64,000 bases of DNA from Candidatus Latescibacterota bacterium. GTDB lineage: Bacteria > Latescibacterota > UBA2968 > UBA8231. A program made the translations under genes and the position numbers. Numbering within the stretch: position 1 is the stretch's first letter; every line of letters starts with the position of its first letter. The DNA is taken from the NCBI GenBank assembly GCA_965217585.1, contig OZ244561.1:3424001-3488000 (forward strand), given 5' to 3'. Below, in pieces: positions 26,153 to 36,554 of this stretch. The notes beneath the pieces are model-generated. The model was not told the DNA's origin and ran no database searches. It saw only the letters and a list, made by a program, of their open reading frames with translations.

Positions 26153-26617
26153 TTATTCTTCTAGGAACTTAACCAGAAATTCCTCTAAGGTACTTCTATT
26201 GAATTCCCACCGTACAGGTTTCCCGGATCTGCCCTCTCTTCTCGCAAAGTCCCACTCGTCATTTCCTCTATGCAGCAGCATTGCGAGAAGGGTGCTGCCC
26301 GAGACCACATCGACTCGTCCTTGAGTACCTATAATAAAACGCCCGACCGGTCTGAAGGTGAGAATCTGGCTGTCTAAAAAGACAAGTCGTAGATATCGGG
26401 TTTCGTAATCCCCAAGCTGGTCTTCCCGAATCGGAATATCCTCTGACTGGATCTCCAGCCAGTTTTTGTCTTTAAGAGGCTGCAACCACTCAGTTATCCT
26501 CGACATAAGCTTTTCGCAGTTGGCTATCCATTCCTGACGAACTGCTACATGTTCAAATTCCGACGCTTCCTGTTGCTCTTGTTTCTGCTTCAGTATCTCT
26601 TCAAGTAGTTTGGCCAT
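26153..26617 (-). CDS. Hypothetical protein tightly linked to the HEPN-motif gene
   Basis: AAAGGAG RBS; 2-bp gap to the next gene; low GC. Confidence 0.7.
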   Translation of the reverse strand: MAKLLEEILKQKQEQQEASEFEHVAVRQEWIANCEKLMSRITEWLQPLKDKNWLEIQSEDIPIREDQLGDYETRYLRLVFLDSQILTFRPVGRFIIGTQGRVDVVSGSTLLAMLLHRGNDEWDFARREGRSGKPVRWEFNRSTLEEFLVKFLEE

Positions 26618-26762
26618 TTATATCTCTCCTTTGCTATAATCTGAACGAGATATGGTCTGCTGTCGAAGACCGAGACCGCACGGTCAGCGGTAAGGCAGTA
26701 CGCTCCTTCAATATCCAATCGACTGGATTGCCACGCAATGGCTAGGTCGACCGCCTGGCTCG

Positions 26763-26937
26763 GCCACCGCCATGGCGAGTTCTGGGTCAGCGCGTCCTTG
26801 AGAAAGCTAAACACGTCGAGTAGCGTTGACTTGCCCGTGCCGTTCGCGCCCACGACTACGACCATCGGGGGTAAGTCCTCAAACACGGCATGGTGGAAGG
26901 AACGGTAGTTCTTGATTGCAATCTGCTCAATCCGCAT
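26763..26937 (-). pseudogene. Duplicated 5' fragment of the AAA ATPase gene
   Basis: About 175 bp nearly identical to 31142-31317 (MRIEQIAIKNYRSF...GANGTGKST...LTQN), then frameshift and divergence. Confidence 0.9.
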
Positions 26938-27199
26938 AAGTTGTTTGATGTTATGAGGGCAAATCATGATCTGGATTGGGTGTATCGAATGCAACAAAAA
27001 ATCATTAAAGAGTTTCCAGAAATCGAAAACAGGGCAAGAGAACGTGGAATTTCCTTTGGTAAATCGCCCCGGTTCGAGTTGCGCTTCATAGGAGAAACCT
27101 TTTGTGCAGTAGAAAGTTATAGCGGATATAACCTTCCTCTCTCTTATCCGTAGACATCAAACTAGGTGGTTTTGAGAGTACATTCGAGAATTTTCATCA

Positions 27200-30037
27200 T
27201 TAGCCATTCCTCAAGTTCAGCTCCAGTAATTCGCCCAGCGCCTCGTCCTCCGAAGTGCCCGCGTCCCACCCATACGCCTCCGCCACAGCCGCGTCGAGTG
27301 CCGCATGAGCATCGACAAGCCATTGCGGGCGGGCGTTGTAAAGGTTGGTCAGCGTGCGTTGCTTGAGTTCCTTCGCCGTTGCCTCGTCGCGGGGCACTGG
27401 GCGCTTGGGATAGCCGGGAACCGGCTCGTCCACCCATTCCACCCATTCGGACGGATTGAGCCAGCGGTCGCGCAGTTCGACTAGTCGTCGCGCTGCTTCG
27501 GCGATGGCAACAGCACGAGGATCATTCGCGTAATCCAAAGCCGGAATGTCGGGCGATAGCCCTTCGGGAAAGGGGAAGGTCTCGAAAGTGGTGGTCGGCG
27601 TGTAGCGCGGACGATCCTCTAGGCTGGTGCCGAGCCGTAGCGACCACGCCTCGTGAAAGCGGCTGTGCAGGATGCCGAAGGTGGTGTCGTCGTCGCGGGC
27701 GATGACAATTAGCTGATGATCGGGGCAGATGCGGGCGTCGAGCCAAGCGAACAGACGGTGCTTGGCGACGGTGGGCGTAGCGATGTAGCGCGACAGGCTG
27801 TCGAGTGCGTCCCACATCCCCGGTCTCGGCTCGACATGCCTCCACCAATGGATGCGGTAGGCTTCGCGGCGGTTCCGTTGCCGCATTGGATAAACGTGCT
27901 CCTTTGCATGTTGAAACGGTGCCTCGTAGAGCACTGCTTCCTCTTGCCCCATGCTCCAGCCAAAATCGACGATCCATTTGTCAGCCGGTCGGCGGGTCAA
28001 GTCCATGCCATTTACCCACGGCCTGAGAACGTCGGAATTGGGCCGTCCGTTCGGGTTCGCAGGCTCGCGAAGCCATTCCCGGGCCTGATCTCCGGGCACA
28101 TTGAAGGGGCCGCCCTTAGTGTCGCCCATGAACGCAACGCCGATGTTCCGGCATAACCGTTGCACCTTGGTCAGATCAACGTTCCCTGTCAGATCGGAAT
28201 GGACCGCATCCACAAGCTGGCCATTGAGTCGCCGTTCCAACTCCGCTCCATCATCCGGTCCTGAGAAACACACCAAGGAGACGCGTACCGCCGCCCCATC
28301 AATCACCCACGGCTCATCGCTCCACGCCTCAAAGATCGAACAGGCCCCAGTCGCGGTCTGCAACGCCCGCCGATTCGCCCCGCCGCGAATGGAGTTGGTT
28401 GAGACGAGACCGACGCGCTTCGCCTTGCCTGATCCGATGTGTTCGCCAGCCTTGACGAACCAGTAACAGACGAGATCGGCCTCCGCTGGTACGCGGCCCT
28501 CATACACCCTGAAAATGCTTGAAACGTAGTCTTCGCCAAGATTGGCCTTGAGAAGTTTTCCTCCGATAAACGGCGGATTGCCGATCACCGCATCGGCTGC
28601 CGGCCATTCCGGTTCTTCGCCGTCCGGTGTCAGGATCGCATCGCGGCATTCGATGGTATCGAGCGGCTTGAGGACTGGATTGTTCGTCCCAGGATAGCCG
28701 TTGCGTCGCATCCACTGGATGTGTCCGATCCACACCGACACGCGCGCTAATTCGGCGGCGTAGGCGTTGATTTCGATCCCCTTGACGTTGGCCGGGCTGA
28801 CTTCGGGAAACGAGCGCTGGAGGTCAAAGGCTTCGGCCTCCAGTTGCACCCGATGCTCCAAGTCCTTGAGCGCGTGCAAGGCGACGTAGAGGAAGTTGCC
28901 CGAGCCGCAAGCCGGGTCGAGGATGGTGAAAGAGCGGAGGCGCTGTAAGAAAGCGTCCTTGCGCTGCTCGGCCCGACTGCGTTGGCGCGTCCGGGCAGCA
29001 GCAGATCGGGCAGTTTCGGCTCGTTTCAGCGCGGCGGCGATTTCCCCTTTCTCCTTTTCCCATTCAGTCAGCCACGGGCGAATCACCACTGGCTCGACGA
29101 TCCGCATAATTTTATCGCGATCCGTGTAGTGCGCCCCCAATTGCGCCCGCTTATCCGGGTCGAGGCCGCGCTCGAATAGCGTGCCTAGGATGGAAGGATC
29201 AATCTCCGACCATTCTAGGGTCGCCGCTTGGAGCACCGTGTCGATCTCGGCCTTTTTTAGTGGAAGGGCGGCATTGTCGTCGAACAGCCCGCCATTAAAC
29301 CAAGCCACCGGCTCAAAGCCAACCCGCCCGCCGGTGGCCATGGCAGCGAACAGATCGCGGGCCATGGCGGCGAACTCCTCTGGCTGCTGCCGCGCCTGCT
29401 CCAACATCCGCGTGAACAGATTGTTCGGCAAAAGGCCCACGTCCTCGGCGAACATGCAGAACACCAGCCGGTTGATGAAATGCGCCACCGCCTGCGGGTC
29501 ATGGCCTCGCTCCCGCAAGGCTTGCGCCAGCAACGCAAAGGCCGTAGCTGCCCGCTCGGTGAGCGCCTGCCGGGTCTCATCCGGTCGCAGTCGCTTAGGG
29601 TCGGCGAGCGCCCACTTGAGCTTGTCGCGGACGGCGGCATCGGCTAAATCGTCGACCTCGAATTCGTGGGTCTTGCTAACGCTGTTGGTCCAATTGGTGC
29701 GGATGCGGAACTGCCGCATGTCGGAGACGATCAAAAGCGGCGGGTTTTCCAAAGCCAGCGCGTATTGCCTAAGTTGGTCGAAGGCCGCGTCTAAGTTGGC
29801 ACGCGGGCCCTTGTACTCCCAAGCGAAGCAGTGTCGCTTCCACACGTCGGCCCAACCATCGCCGCCGGTTTCCTTGCGAGCACCCTTCTCAAAGCAATAC
29901 GTCTCGCCCGTGGGGTCAGCCTCGGCCGGGGTTGGCTCGCCGAGCAGGCGGCACAGGTCGATAAAGTGCTCCTGAGCGGCCGAGCGTTCCTTGAGTTCGG
30001 CGGCACGCCACTTGGTGATGAATACCTCTGGAGTCAT
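27200..30037 (-). CDS. MmeI-like type IIG/IIL restriction-modification enzyme (nuclease, N6-adenine MTase, TRD)
   Basis: N-terminal GWADVW...WEYK nuclease motif; GAHYT, ILDPACGSGNF, GNPPF; C-terminal FETFPFP and AHAALDAAVAEAYGW. Confidence 0.9.
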   Translation of the reverse strand: MTPEVFITKWRAAELKERSAAQEHFIDLCRLLGEPTPAEADPTGETYCFEKGARKETGGDGWADVWKRHCFAWEYKGPRANLDAAFDQLRQYALALENPPLLIVSDMRQFRIRTNWTNSVSKTHEFEVDDLADAAVRDKLKWALADPKRLRPDETRQALTERAATAFALLAQALRERGHDPQAVAHFINRLVFCMFAEDVGLLPNNLFTRMLEQARQQPEEFAAMARDLFAAMATGGRVGFEPVAWFNGGLFDDNAALPLKKAEIDTVLQAATLEWSEIDPSILGTLFERGLDPDKRAQLGAHYTDRDKIMRIVEPVVIRPWLTEWEKEKGEIAAALKRAETARSAAARTRQRSRAEQRKDAFLQRLRSFTILDPACGSGNFLYVALHALKDLEHRVQLEAEAFDLQRSFPEVSPANVKGIEINAYAAELARVSVWIGHIQWMRRNGYPGTNNPVLKPLDTIECRDAILTPDGEEPEWPAADAVIGNPPFIGGKLLKANLGEDYVSSIFRVYEGRVPAEADLVCYWFVKAGEHIGSGKAKRVGLVSTNSIRGGANRRALQTATGACSIFEAWSDEPWVIDGAAVRVSLVCFSGPDDGAELERRLNGQLVDAVHSDLTGNVDLTKVQRLCRNIGVAFMGDTKGGPFNVPGDQAREWLREPANPNGRPNSDVLRPWVNGMDLTRRPADKWIVDFGWSMGQEEAVLYEAPFQHAKEHVYPMRQRNRREAYRIHWWRHVEPRPGMWDALDSLSRYIATPTVAKHRLFAWLDARICPDHQLIVIARDDDTTFGILHSRFHEAWSLRLGTSLEDRPRYTPTTTFETFPFPEGLSPDIPALDYANDPRAVAIAEAARRLVELRDRWLNPSEWVEWVDEPVPGYPKRPVPRDEATAKELKQRTLTNLYNARPQWLVDAHAALDAAVAEAYGWDAGTSEDEALGELLELNLRNG

Positions 30038-30114
30038 GGTGCTACGGTCACTAGCCGCTTGAAGCGGGCGAATGCTGTAAATCGGATTGGATCGTTAGTA
30101 TTCATCGCGGCCTG

Positions 30115-31317
30115 CTAGGTGATCACCAACTCCTCGTCAAGTTGACGTAGCCCGATGCCCTCGAAAAGCCTCTGCTTCCATAGGGCACCCGGTAAGTCTC
30201 CCTCTGCGACAAGAGCGCGCAGCAGTTCGCTGTCGGACGCTCGGCGCACGGTTGTGAATCCATCTTTTTTAACCAGCCAGAAGATCTCGTCGAGTTCTGT
30301 GCCGTTCAGGAAGTCGGGAGAGTGGGTCGAGACGAACACTTGGCCGCCGCGTCGGGCGTAGTTCCGAAATTCCTCGGCCAATTCTATTAGCAATTCGGGA
30401 TAGAGCTGGTTTTCGGGTTCTTCGACTGCCAGCAACGGATGGGGTTTTGGGTCATACAGCAAGATGAGGTAGGCGAACATTTTGATCGTGCCGTCGGAGA
30501 CATAGCGGGCAATGAATGGGTCCTTGAAGCTGCCATCCTGAAAGCGCAGGACGAGACGCCCGTCTTCAGTCGGTTTGGCTTCAACGCCGCTCACGCCCGG
30601 GACGCGCTGGCTCATAGCCTTCAGCACTTGGTCGAAGCACTCGCGGTGATTCTCGTAGAGGTATTGGGCCACTTGGGCGATGTTATCGCCACGGTTAGAC
30701 AGATGCTCGGCATAGCCGGCATCACTGCTTGGTCGGGCATCGGCAATGTGGAAGTCCGAGACGTGCCAGTTCTCGATCAGGCTACGGAACTCTGAGACAA
30801 CTTGGAACTCGCGGAACTGCCCCAAGCCTTTGATCGCGAGGACGCTGGGGTCATCGAGCTTGTACTCCGCGCTCTTTTCTTTTACCTCTTCCTGACCATA
30901 GACCGATTCATTTGTGATCGCGGTTCCGATTCCGCCTGAGAAATCAACGAAATGCCAGGGGCGTCCAGACTGCCCTTTACGGTAGTGAAGTACTTCGCGT
31001 TCAACCGAGACTCGGCCACCGTTCGCTACTATTTCGAGTTCGTAGGTGGCTAGACGGCCGCCGCTCTCGCGGAATTTGATGGTGATCCCAATCGGCCCCT
31101 TTTCTCCCCGGCTAACCAACTCGCGGAACCCACCGCGTCGCGCCACTGCCATGGTGACGTTCTGGGTCAGCGCGTCCTTGAGAAAGCTAAACACGTCGAG
31201 TAGCGTTGACTTGCCCGTGCCGTTCGCGCCCACGGCTACGACCATCGGGGGTAGATCCTCAAACACGGTGTGGCGGAAGGAACGGTAGTTTTTGATTTCA
31301 ATCTGCTCAATCCGCAT
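30115..31317 (-). CDS. AAA_21/AbiEii-like ABC-type ATPase
   Basis: GANGTGKST, VSDGT signature, VEEPENQLYP, VSTHSP; GGAGG RBS. Confidence 0.88.
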   Translation of the reverse strand: MRIEQIEIKNYRSFRHTVFEDLPPMVVAVGANGTGKSTLLDVFSFLKDALTQNVTMAVARRGGFRELVSRGEKGPIGITIKFRESGGRLATYELEIVANGGRVSVEREVLHYRKGQSGRPWHFVDFSGGIGTAITNESVYGQEEVKEKSAEYKLDDPSVLAIKGLGQFREFQVVSEFRSLIENWHVSDFHIADARPSSDAGYAEHLSNRGDNIAQVAQYLYENHRECFDQVLKAMSQRVPGVSGVEAKPTEDGRLVLRFQDGSFKDPFIARYVSDGTIKMFAYLILLYDPKPHPLLAVEEPENQLYPELLIELAEEFRNYARRGGQVFVSTHSPDFLNGTELDEIFWLVKKDGFTTVRRASDSELLRALVAEGDLPGALWKQRLFEGIGLRQLDEELVIT

Positions 31318-31573
31318 AGGTTGTTCCTCCGTATTGTCGAATATTACTGTTGGGCTGACTGAACCGACTGCTCCGTTGGCACTATCACGATTCATCGAGC
31401 GACCGGCGAAGGGTCGCGGTCAATTCCTGACAGAAACTCCTATAGGTCAAAATCGGCGCGCTTTTGCGCTGCCGTCCTTGAAGCGAGGCAGGCGACTGGG
31501 TAGATTGGGCCAACATATCGCTCGCGCTCATTTAAGCTACGAGACGCCCATCACAACCCCAAGGAACGCCCCA

Positions 31574-32914
31574 ATGCCTCGTCCCAATATCCTCTTCATC
31601 ATGGATGATCAGCACCGCCACGACTATCTCGGCTCAGCCGCTGCCGACTTCCTGCGAACGCCCCACCTCGACCGCCTCGCCGCCGCTGGCGTGCGCTTCA
31701 CCCAATGCACCACCAACGCACCCGTCTGCGCGCCAGCGCGGATTGGCTTGGCTTCTGGCCTGCAACCGAGCCGCCTAGGCTGCCTAGACAATTCGGGGCG
31801 GCTGCCCTTGGGCACTACCACCTACTATCAGCGGCTGCGCGACTCCGGCTACCGAGTCGGCTGCGTCGGCAAGCTCGACCTGCGCAAGTCCGACGGCTAC
31901 AATGGCCGCTACGGCGACCGGCCCTACGCCTATAGCTGGGGCTTCACCCATCCAGAGGAATGCGAGGGCAAAATGCACGCCGGCTCCTCGCCCACGCCGA
32001 TTGGCCCCTATACGCACTACCTAGCCGACAAAGGGCAATTGGCGACGTTTTATCAGGACTATCGACAACGCGCCGCCGCTGGTTGGATTACCGACTGCCG
32101 CGACTCGCCGCTGGCCAGCGCGGACTTTGAGGATGCCTATATCGGCCGTCGCGCTGCCGAGTGGATCGCCCATGTGCCCGACGACTTTCCTTGGCACTAC
32201 TTCGTCAGCTTTGTCGGCCCGCACGACCCCTTTGACCCGCCCACCGAATATGGCGACCGCTACCGCGACGCGGCGATGCCCCCGGTCATCAGCGACTCCC
32301 TCGCTGGCAAACCCGAGTGGATCAAAAGACGCGCCGCAGAATTCACTCCCGACCAAATCACCCAAACCCGTCGCCAATACTGCGCCGCAACCGAACTCAT
32401 CGACGACCAGATCGGCCAGATCCTCGACGCGCTCGAAAAACGCGGCCAACTCGACAACACCTATATCGTCTTCGCCTCCGACCACGGCGAACTGCTCGGC
32501 GACCACGGGCTGTACACCAAGAGCGCCGCCTACGAGGCCAGCCTGCGCGTACCGCTGATTATCGCCGGGCCGAATATCGCCGGAGGCCGCGTCTGTGATG
32601 CGCTGTGCGAACTCATCGATCTCAACGCTACGATATGTGATTTTGCCCAGCTCGCGCCGCAGCAAGACATCGACGCCCGCTCGCTACAACCGGTCCTCAA
32701 CGGTCAGACCGACACTCACCGCCAAGAGACCGTTGCCGCCCTGAACAACTTCCGCTGCATTCGCACGGCTACCCACAAATACATCCAGAATTACAACGAC
32801 TGCGGAGAACTCTACGACCTCGAGCAGGACCCCGACGAGTTGCACAACATCACCGCCACTGCTCCCGCTATGGTCGCGGATCTCGCGCGCCGCTTGCGCC
32901 GTCGTCTGGGCTGA
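31574..32914 (+). CDS. Sulfatase (formylglycine-dependent)
   Basis: PNILFIMDDQHR, CAPAR (CxPxR), SDHGE, ELYDLEQDPDE. Confidence 0.92.
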   Translation: MPRPNILFIMDDQHRHDYLGSAAADFLRTPHLDRLAAAGVRFTQCTTNAPVCAPARIGLASGLQPSRLGCLDNSGRLPLGTTTYYQRLRDSGYRVGCVGKLDLRKSDGYNGRYGDRPYAYSWGFTHPEECEGKMHAGSSPTPIGPYTHYLADKGQLATFYQDYRQRAAAGWITDCRDSPLASADFEDAYIGRRAAEWIAHVPDDFPWHYFVSFVGPHDPFDPPTEYGDRYRDAAMPPVISDSLAGKPEWIKRRAAEFTPDQITQTRRQYCAATELIDDQIGQILDALEKRGQLDNTYIVFASDHGELLGDHGLYTKSAAYEASLRVPLIIAGPNIAGGRVCDALCELIDLNATICDFAQLAPQQDIDARSLQPVLNGQTDTHRQETVAALNNFRCIRTATHKYIQNYNDCGELYDLEQDPDELHNITATAPAMVADLARRLRRRLG

Positions 32915-32929
32915 GGCGGAAACATAGAA

Positions 32930-33025
32930 GGGCACCCACAAGGGGTGCCCCTACACACTGGCTGCTCAACAGCGCGACGAATTGATCGTGATTCCTATTT
33001 GGGTACCCACAAGGGGTGCCCCTAC
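32930..33025. repeat. Two REP-like elements (GTAGGGGCACCCCTTGTGGGTRCCC on the minus strand) at 32930-32954 and 33001-33025
   Basis: Direct copies of a GTAG-tagged palindrome between convergent genes. Confidence 0.8.
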
Positions 33026-33723
33026 GGTTGCTTTGTTTTCCAGGCCTGGTACTCGGCCAAGGTCTGCTCGTCAGGGGGATAGGTGCCGACGATACTAGCT
33101 CCGGCGCGGATTTTCTCGGTGATGAAGCGCTCTTTCTTTTCCATCTCCTCGGCCTCGATGGCGACCTCCTCGGCCAGGTGCGCGGGTATGACCACGATCC
33201 CTTCTCCGTCGCCGACGAGGATGTCGCCGGGGAATACCGCCACGCCACCGCAGGCGATGGGCACTTGGATTTCGCTGGGGTGGTGGATGGTCTTGTTGGT
33301 GTGGGCGTTCATGGCCGCCGCGTATGCGGGCAACCCCGACGCGGCAATGGTCGGCGAGTCGCGATAGGCCCCATCGGTGACGATCCCCGCACAGCCGCGC
33401 ACTTGCAGCCGCGCCGCTAGGATGGACCCCATAGTTCCGGCGCGGGTGTCGCCGCGTGCATCAATGACAAACACGTCGCCTGCGGTCACCTGCTCAATGC
33501 CGACTCGCTGCACGTCTTTCAGGTTGTCCAGTGGAACCTCGTCGAGGTCTTCGCGCGCCGGTATGTAGCGCAATGTAAAGGCCCGGCCGACCATCTGCAT
33601 ATCGGGCTTGAGGGGTGCGACTTGGTGCATAAACGTGTTGTGCAGCCCCTTGTTGCGCAGCACGGACGTCAGGGTCGCGGTGCTAGCCACTTTTAGTTTT
33701 TCGCTCAATTCGGCAAAATCCAC
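33022..33723 (-). CDS. RraA / HMG-aldolase family protein
   Basis: VGRAFT, GIVTDGAYRD, PGDILVGDGEGIVVIP. Confidence 0.9.
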   Translation of the reverse strand: MDFAELSEKLKVASTATLTSVLRNKGLHNTFMHQVAPLKPDMQMVGRAFTLRYIPAREDLDEVPLDNLKDVQRVGIEQVTAGDVFVIDARGDTRAGTMGSILAARLQVRGCAGIVTDGAYRDSPTIAASGLPAYAAAMNAHTNKTIHHPSEIQVPIACGGVAVFPGDILVGDGEGIVVIPAHLAEEVAIEAEEMEKKERFITEKIRAGASIVGTYPPDEQTLAEYQAWKTKQP

Positions 33724-33735
33724 AATTCGCTCCTT

Positions 33736-34794
33736 TCAGCGTATCCGCCCGCGGGCGTCAACCGGCCAGACGGCTTCCACTCGGTCGCCACGCACGGCAA
33801 AGATTTGGTCGTGTTCGTTGAAACAGGGGCAGGGATGAACCGGCAAGACTTGCACCTGTTCGCCGATTTGGGGCTTGTCGTCGCAGGCCGATAGATCGAC
33901 CTGCCCGTGTTCCTCCGAGGCCCCGGAGAAGATGGCTTGGGGGTACTCGACGATGTGCCCCATGATGAATGAACCGTCTTCCCCGCGATGGACCGCTGCA
34001 CTGAGCGACTTACTGCCCCCGTCGAGGATGGCGCGGTCCGCGGCTGGCCGGCTGACTACGGTCATCAGCACCCGGCCAGCGCACTGACCGACGCTATGGG
34101 TTCCCCGGCGGAGATGGTGGACGCCGCCGACTGGGTACTCGCCGGCCCGGTACTCGGTCAGCTCGGGGATCTCGTGCGCCTTGAACGCGCCCGGCGTGCT
34201 GCCGCCGCTGACGATGGGATGCGGCAGGCCCTTGCGGTCGAAATGCGCGAGCGTCTCTTGGATTAGCGGCCGCATATCTGGAGGCGCTGGCATGGACATG
34301 ATGCCCCGGAGTTCGATGTTGGGGGCCTGATCGATTTTTTCGCCTAAGGCAGCCGCCGCCGCGGGCGAGCCTACCCCCGTGCGACCGCGGTCGAGTTCGA
34401 CGACCACGCCCAAGGTGACATCCGCTTCTGCAGCGGCCGCGGCTAGCCCCTGCACGGTGTATTCGGAATCAGCCGCCACCGTCAGTCGGGTGTCCCGCGC
34501 CAGCGCAACTAGCCGCGCCAGCTTTTGCGCGCCGATGATGTTGTAGGGAATCAGGATGTCGCGATCGACCCCGCCCGCTGCCATGACCTCGGCCTCCCCG
34601 AGCTTCTGGCAGGTGATGCCCATGCCCCCACGGCGCATTTGCAGATGGGCGATGGCCACGCATTTGTGGGTCTTGATGTGGGGCCGCAAGCCAATGCCGT
34701 GCTCGTCAAAGTAGCGTTGGTAGCGGTCGAGGTTGTCCTCCAAGCCGTCGAGATCGACGAGGAGGGCGGGCGTGTCGAGGTCTTCTATGTGCAT
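33736..34794 (-). CDS. DSD1 / D-threonine aldolase family PLP enzyme
   Basis: TPALLVD, LRPHIKTHK, ILDGGSKSLS, SEEHG, PVHPC. Confidence 0.9.
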   Translation of the reverse strand: MHIEDLDTPALLVDLDGLEDNLDRYQRYFDEHGIGLRPHIKTHKCVAIAHLQMRRGGMGITCQKLGEAEVMAAGGVDRDILIPYNIIGAQKLARLVALARDTRLTVAADSEYTVQGLAAAAAEADVTLGVVVELDRGRTGVGSPAAAAALGEKIDQAPNIELRGIMSMPAPPDMRPLIQETLAHFDRKGLPHPIVSGGSTPGAFKAHEIPELTEYRAGEYPVGGVHHLRRGTHSVGQCAGRVLMTVVSRPAADRAILDGGSKSLSAAVHRGEDGSFIMGHIVEYPQAIFSGASEEHGQVDLSACDDKPQIGEQVQVLPVHPCPCFNEHDQIFAVRGDRVEAVWPVDARGRIR

Positions 34795-34896
34795 AGTGGC
34801 CTTTCCTGAGTGAAGGTGGGAGCCGCGGCGATAAAATAGCAAACCAATCCCGCCGCAGAAATTGACGCGCTTAGGTCCCGTGCCTTTTGTTGCAAG

Positions 34897-35421
34897 ATGC
34901 CCATCGATCTCCAACCCTCCACGCCCGTCGCACTAGTCTGCGCGATATTGGCCGATTCCGCTGATACGCTCGCCGCGGCCCAAGAACGCCTCGCCGAATG
35001 CTTCGGTCCTCTGCGCACGGCCAGTGCTATCTATGATTTTGATTTTACCTCGTATTACGAAGCGGAAATGGGCGCGGGATTGTGCAAACAGCTCGTGTGC
35101 TTTGCCGAGCGGATTGACCCCGCCGAACTGGCGGCTGTCAAGGCGCAGACCATGGCGCTGGAGCGGGCGATGAGCCGAGGGCGGTGCCGCCGCGCCAATA
35201 TCGACCCAGGACTGCTGTCGATCGAGAGCTTGGTGTTGGCCACGACCAAGTGCGCTGGCCATCGCATCTGTATTGCCCCGCAACTCTACGCCGAGGTGAC
35301 CCTGCTCTATCAGCGGGGACGCTATCGGCCTTTGGAATGGACGTATCCCGACTACCGGGACGATGCGGTGCAGCGTTTCTTGCTCGATGTGCGGCCTTGG
35401 TTGCTAGCGGTGCGCGGCTGA
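34897..35421 (+). CDS. DUF4416 family protein
   Basis: TSYYEAEMG, NIDPG, LVLATTK, WTYPDY. Confidence 0.85.
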   Translation: MPIDLQPSTPVALVCAILADSADTLAAAQERLAECFGPLRTASAIYDFDFTSYYEAEMGAGLCKQLVCFAERIDPAELAAVKAQTMALERAMSRGRCRRANIDPGLLSIESLVLATTKCAGHRICIAPQLYAEVTLLYQRGRYRPLEWTYPDYRDDAVQRFLLDVRPWLLAVRG

Positions 35422-35423
35422 GG

Positions 35424-36554
35424 TCAGCCCCGCTCGCCGAGCGGGACAAACGCGCGGTGTTCTGGCCCGGTGTAGATGTGGTTGGGGCGGATGAGCCGAT
35501 TGGCGTCGTGCTGTTCGATCACGTGCGCCGCCCAGCCCACCACGCGGCTGGCCACGAAGATGGGGGTGTAGAGCGGGATCGGGATGTCCATCATGTAGTA
35601 GGTGTACGCGCAGGGGAAATCGACGTTGGGGAAGATGCCTTTTTCGCGCATCATCGTCGCTTCGACCACGTCGGCTAGGTCCGGCCACTTGGTGTCGCCG
35701 ACGGCCGCGGCGACTTGGCGGCCAACCTTCTTCATCGTCGGCACCCGCGAATCGCCGCTTTTGTATTCCCGATGTCCAAAGCCCATGATCTTCTTCTTTT
35801 GCGCCAGCGCGTCGAGGACCCACTGCTCGGCCGCCGCGGGCGAATCTACCTCCAAGAGCATGTGCATGGCCGCCTCGTTGGCACCGCCGTGCAAAGGGCC
35901 GTGCAGGGCGCCGATGGCCGCGGTCATGGCGGCGTACAGGTCGGCGAGGGTTGAGGCTACGACCCGGGCGGTAAATGTGGAGGCGTTGTACCCGTGCTCG
36001 GCGTAGAGGATCAGCGAAGTGTTCATGGCCTCTGCTTCGTACGCGGGCGGTTTTTCGCCGCGCAGCATGAAGAGCAAATTGGCCGCGTGGTCTAGGTCTG
36101 CGTTGGGTTCTATGGGCGCGAGGTTTTGCGAGAAGCGATAGCCATAGGCGAGCGCGGTGGGAATTTTGGCCAGCAAGCGCACGGCTTTGCGCACATTAGC
36201 TGCGTGGCTGTTGTCGGGGGTCTCGGCGTCGAAAAACGCCAGTGCTGACACGGCCGTGCGCAACAGGTCCATGGGGTGGGCGTCCGTCGGGGCGGAGCGC
36301 AATAGCTCGACCACCGGGCCGGGCAGGTCGCGCTGCGAGCGCAGTTGTTGGTTGAACTCCGCCAACTCGGCGACCGTCGGCAACTCGCCGTAGAGCAGCA
36401 GATAGGCGACTTCTTCGTAGCGGGCGTTCTCGGTCAGTTCGACTAGGTCGTAGCCATATAGGATCAGGCGGTTGATATCGATATCAATGCGCGAAAGGGC
36501 CGATTCACCGGCGATCACTCCTTCTAGCCCGGGGCTGTAGGCTTTGTCGGTCAT
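35424..36554 (-). CDS. prpC: 2-methylcitrate synthase / citrate synthase
   Basis: GLEGV, HGYNASTF, GPLHGGANE, MGFGHR, PNVDF; next to prpB. Confidence 0.85.
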   Translation of the reverse strand: MTDKAYSPGLEGVIAGESALSRIDIDINRLILYGYDLVELTENARYEEVAYLLLYGELPTVAELAEFNQQLRSQRDLPGPVVELLRSAPTDAHPMDLLRTAVSALAFFDAETPDNSHAANVRKAVRLLAKIPTALAYGYRFSQNLAPIEPNADLDHAANLLFMLRGEKPPAYEAEAMNTSLILYAEHGYNASTFTARVVASTLADLYAAMTAAIGALHGPLHGGANEAAMHMLLEVDSPAAAEQWVLDALAQKKKIMGFGHREYKSGDSRVPTMKKVGRQVAAAVGDTKWPDLADVVEATMMREKGIFPNVDFPCAYTYYMMDIPIPLYTPIFVASRVVGWAAHVIEQHDANRLIRPNHIYTGPEHRAFVPLGERG

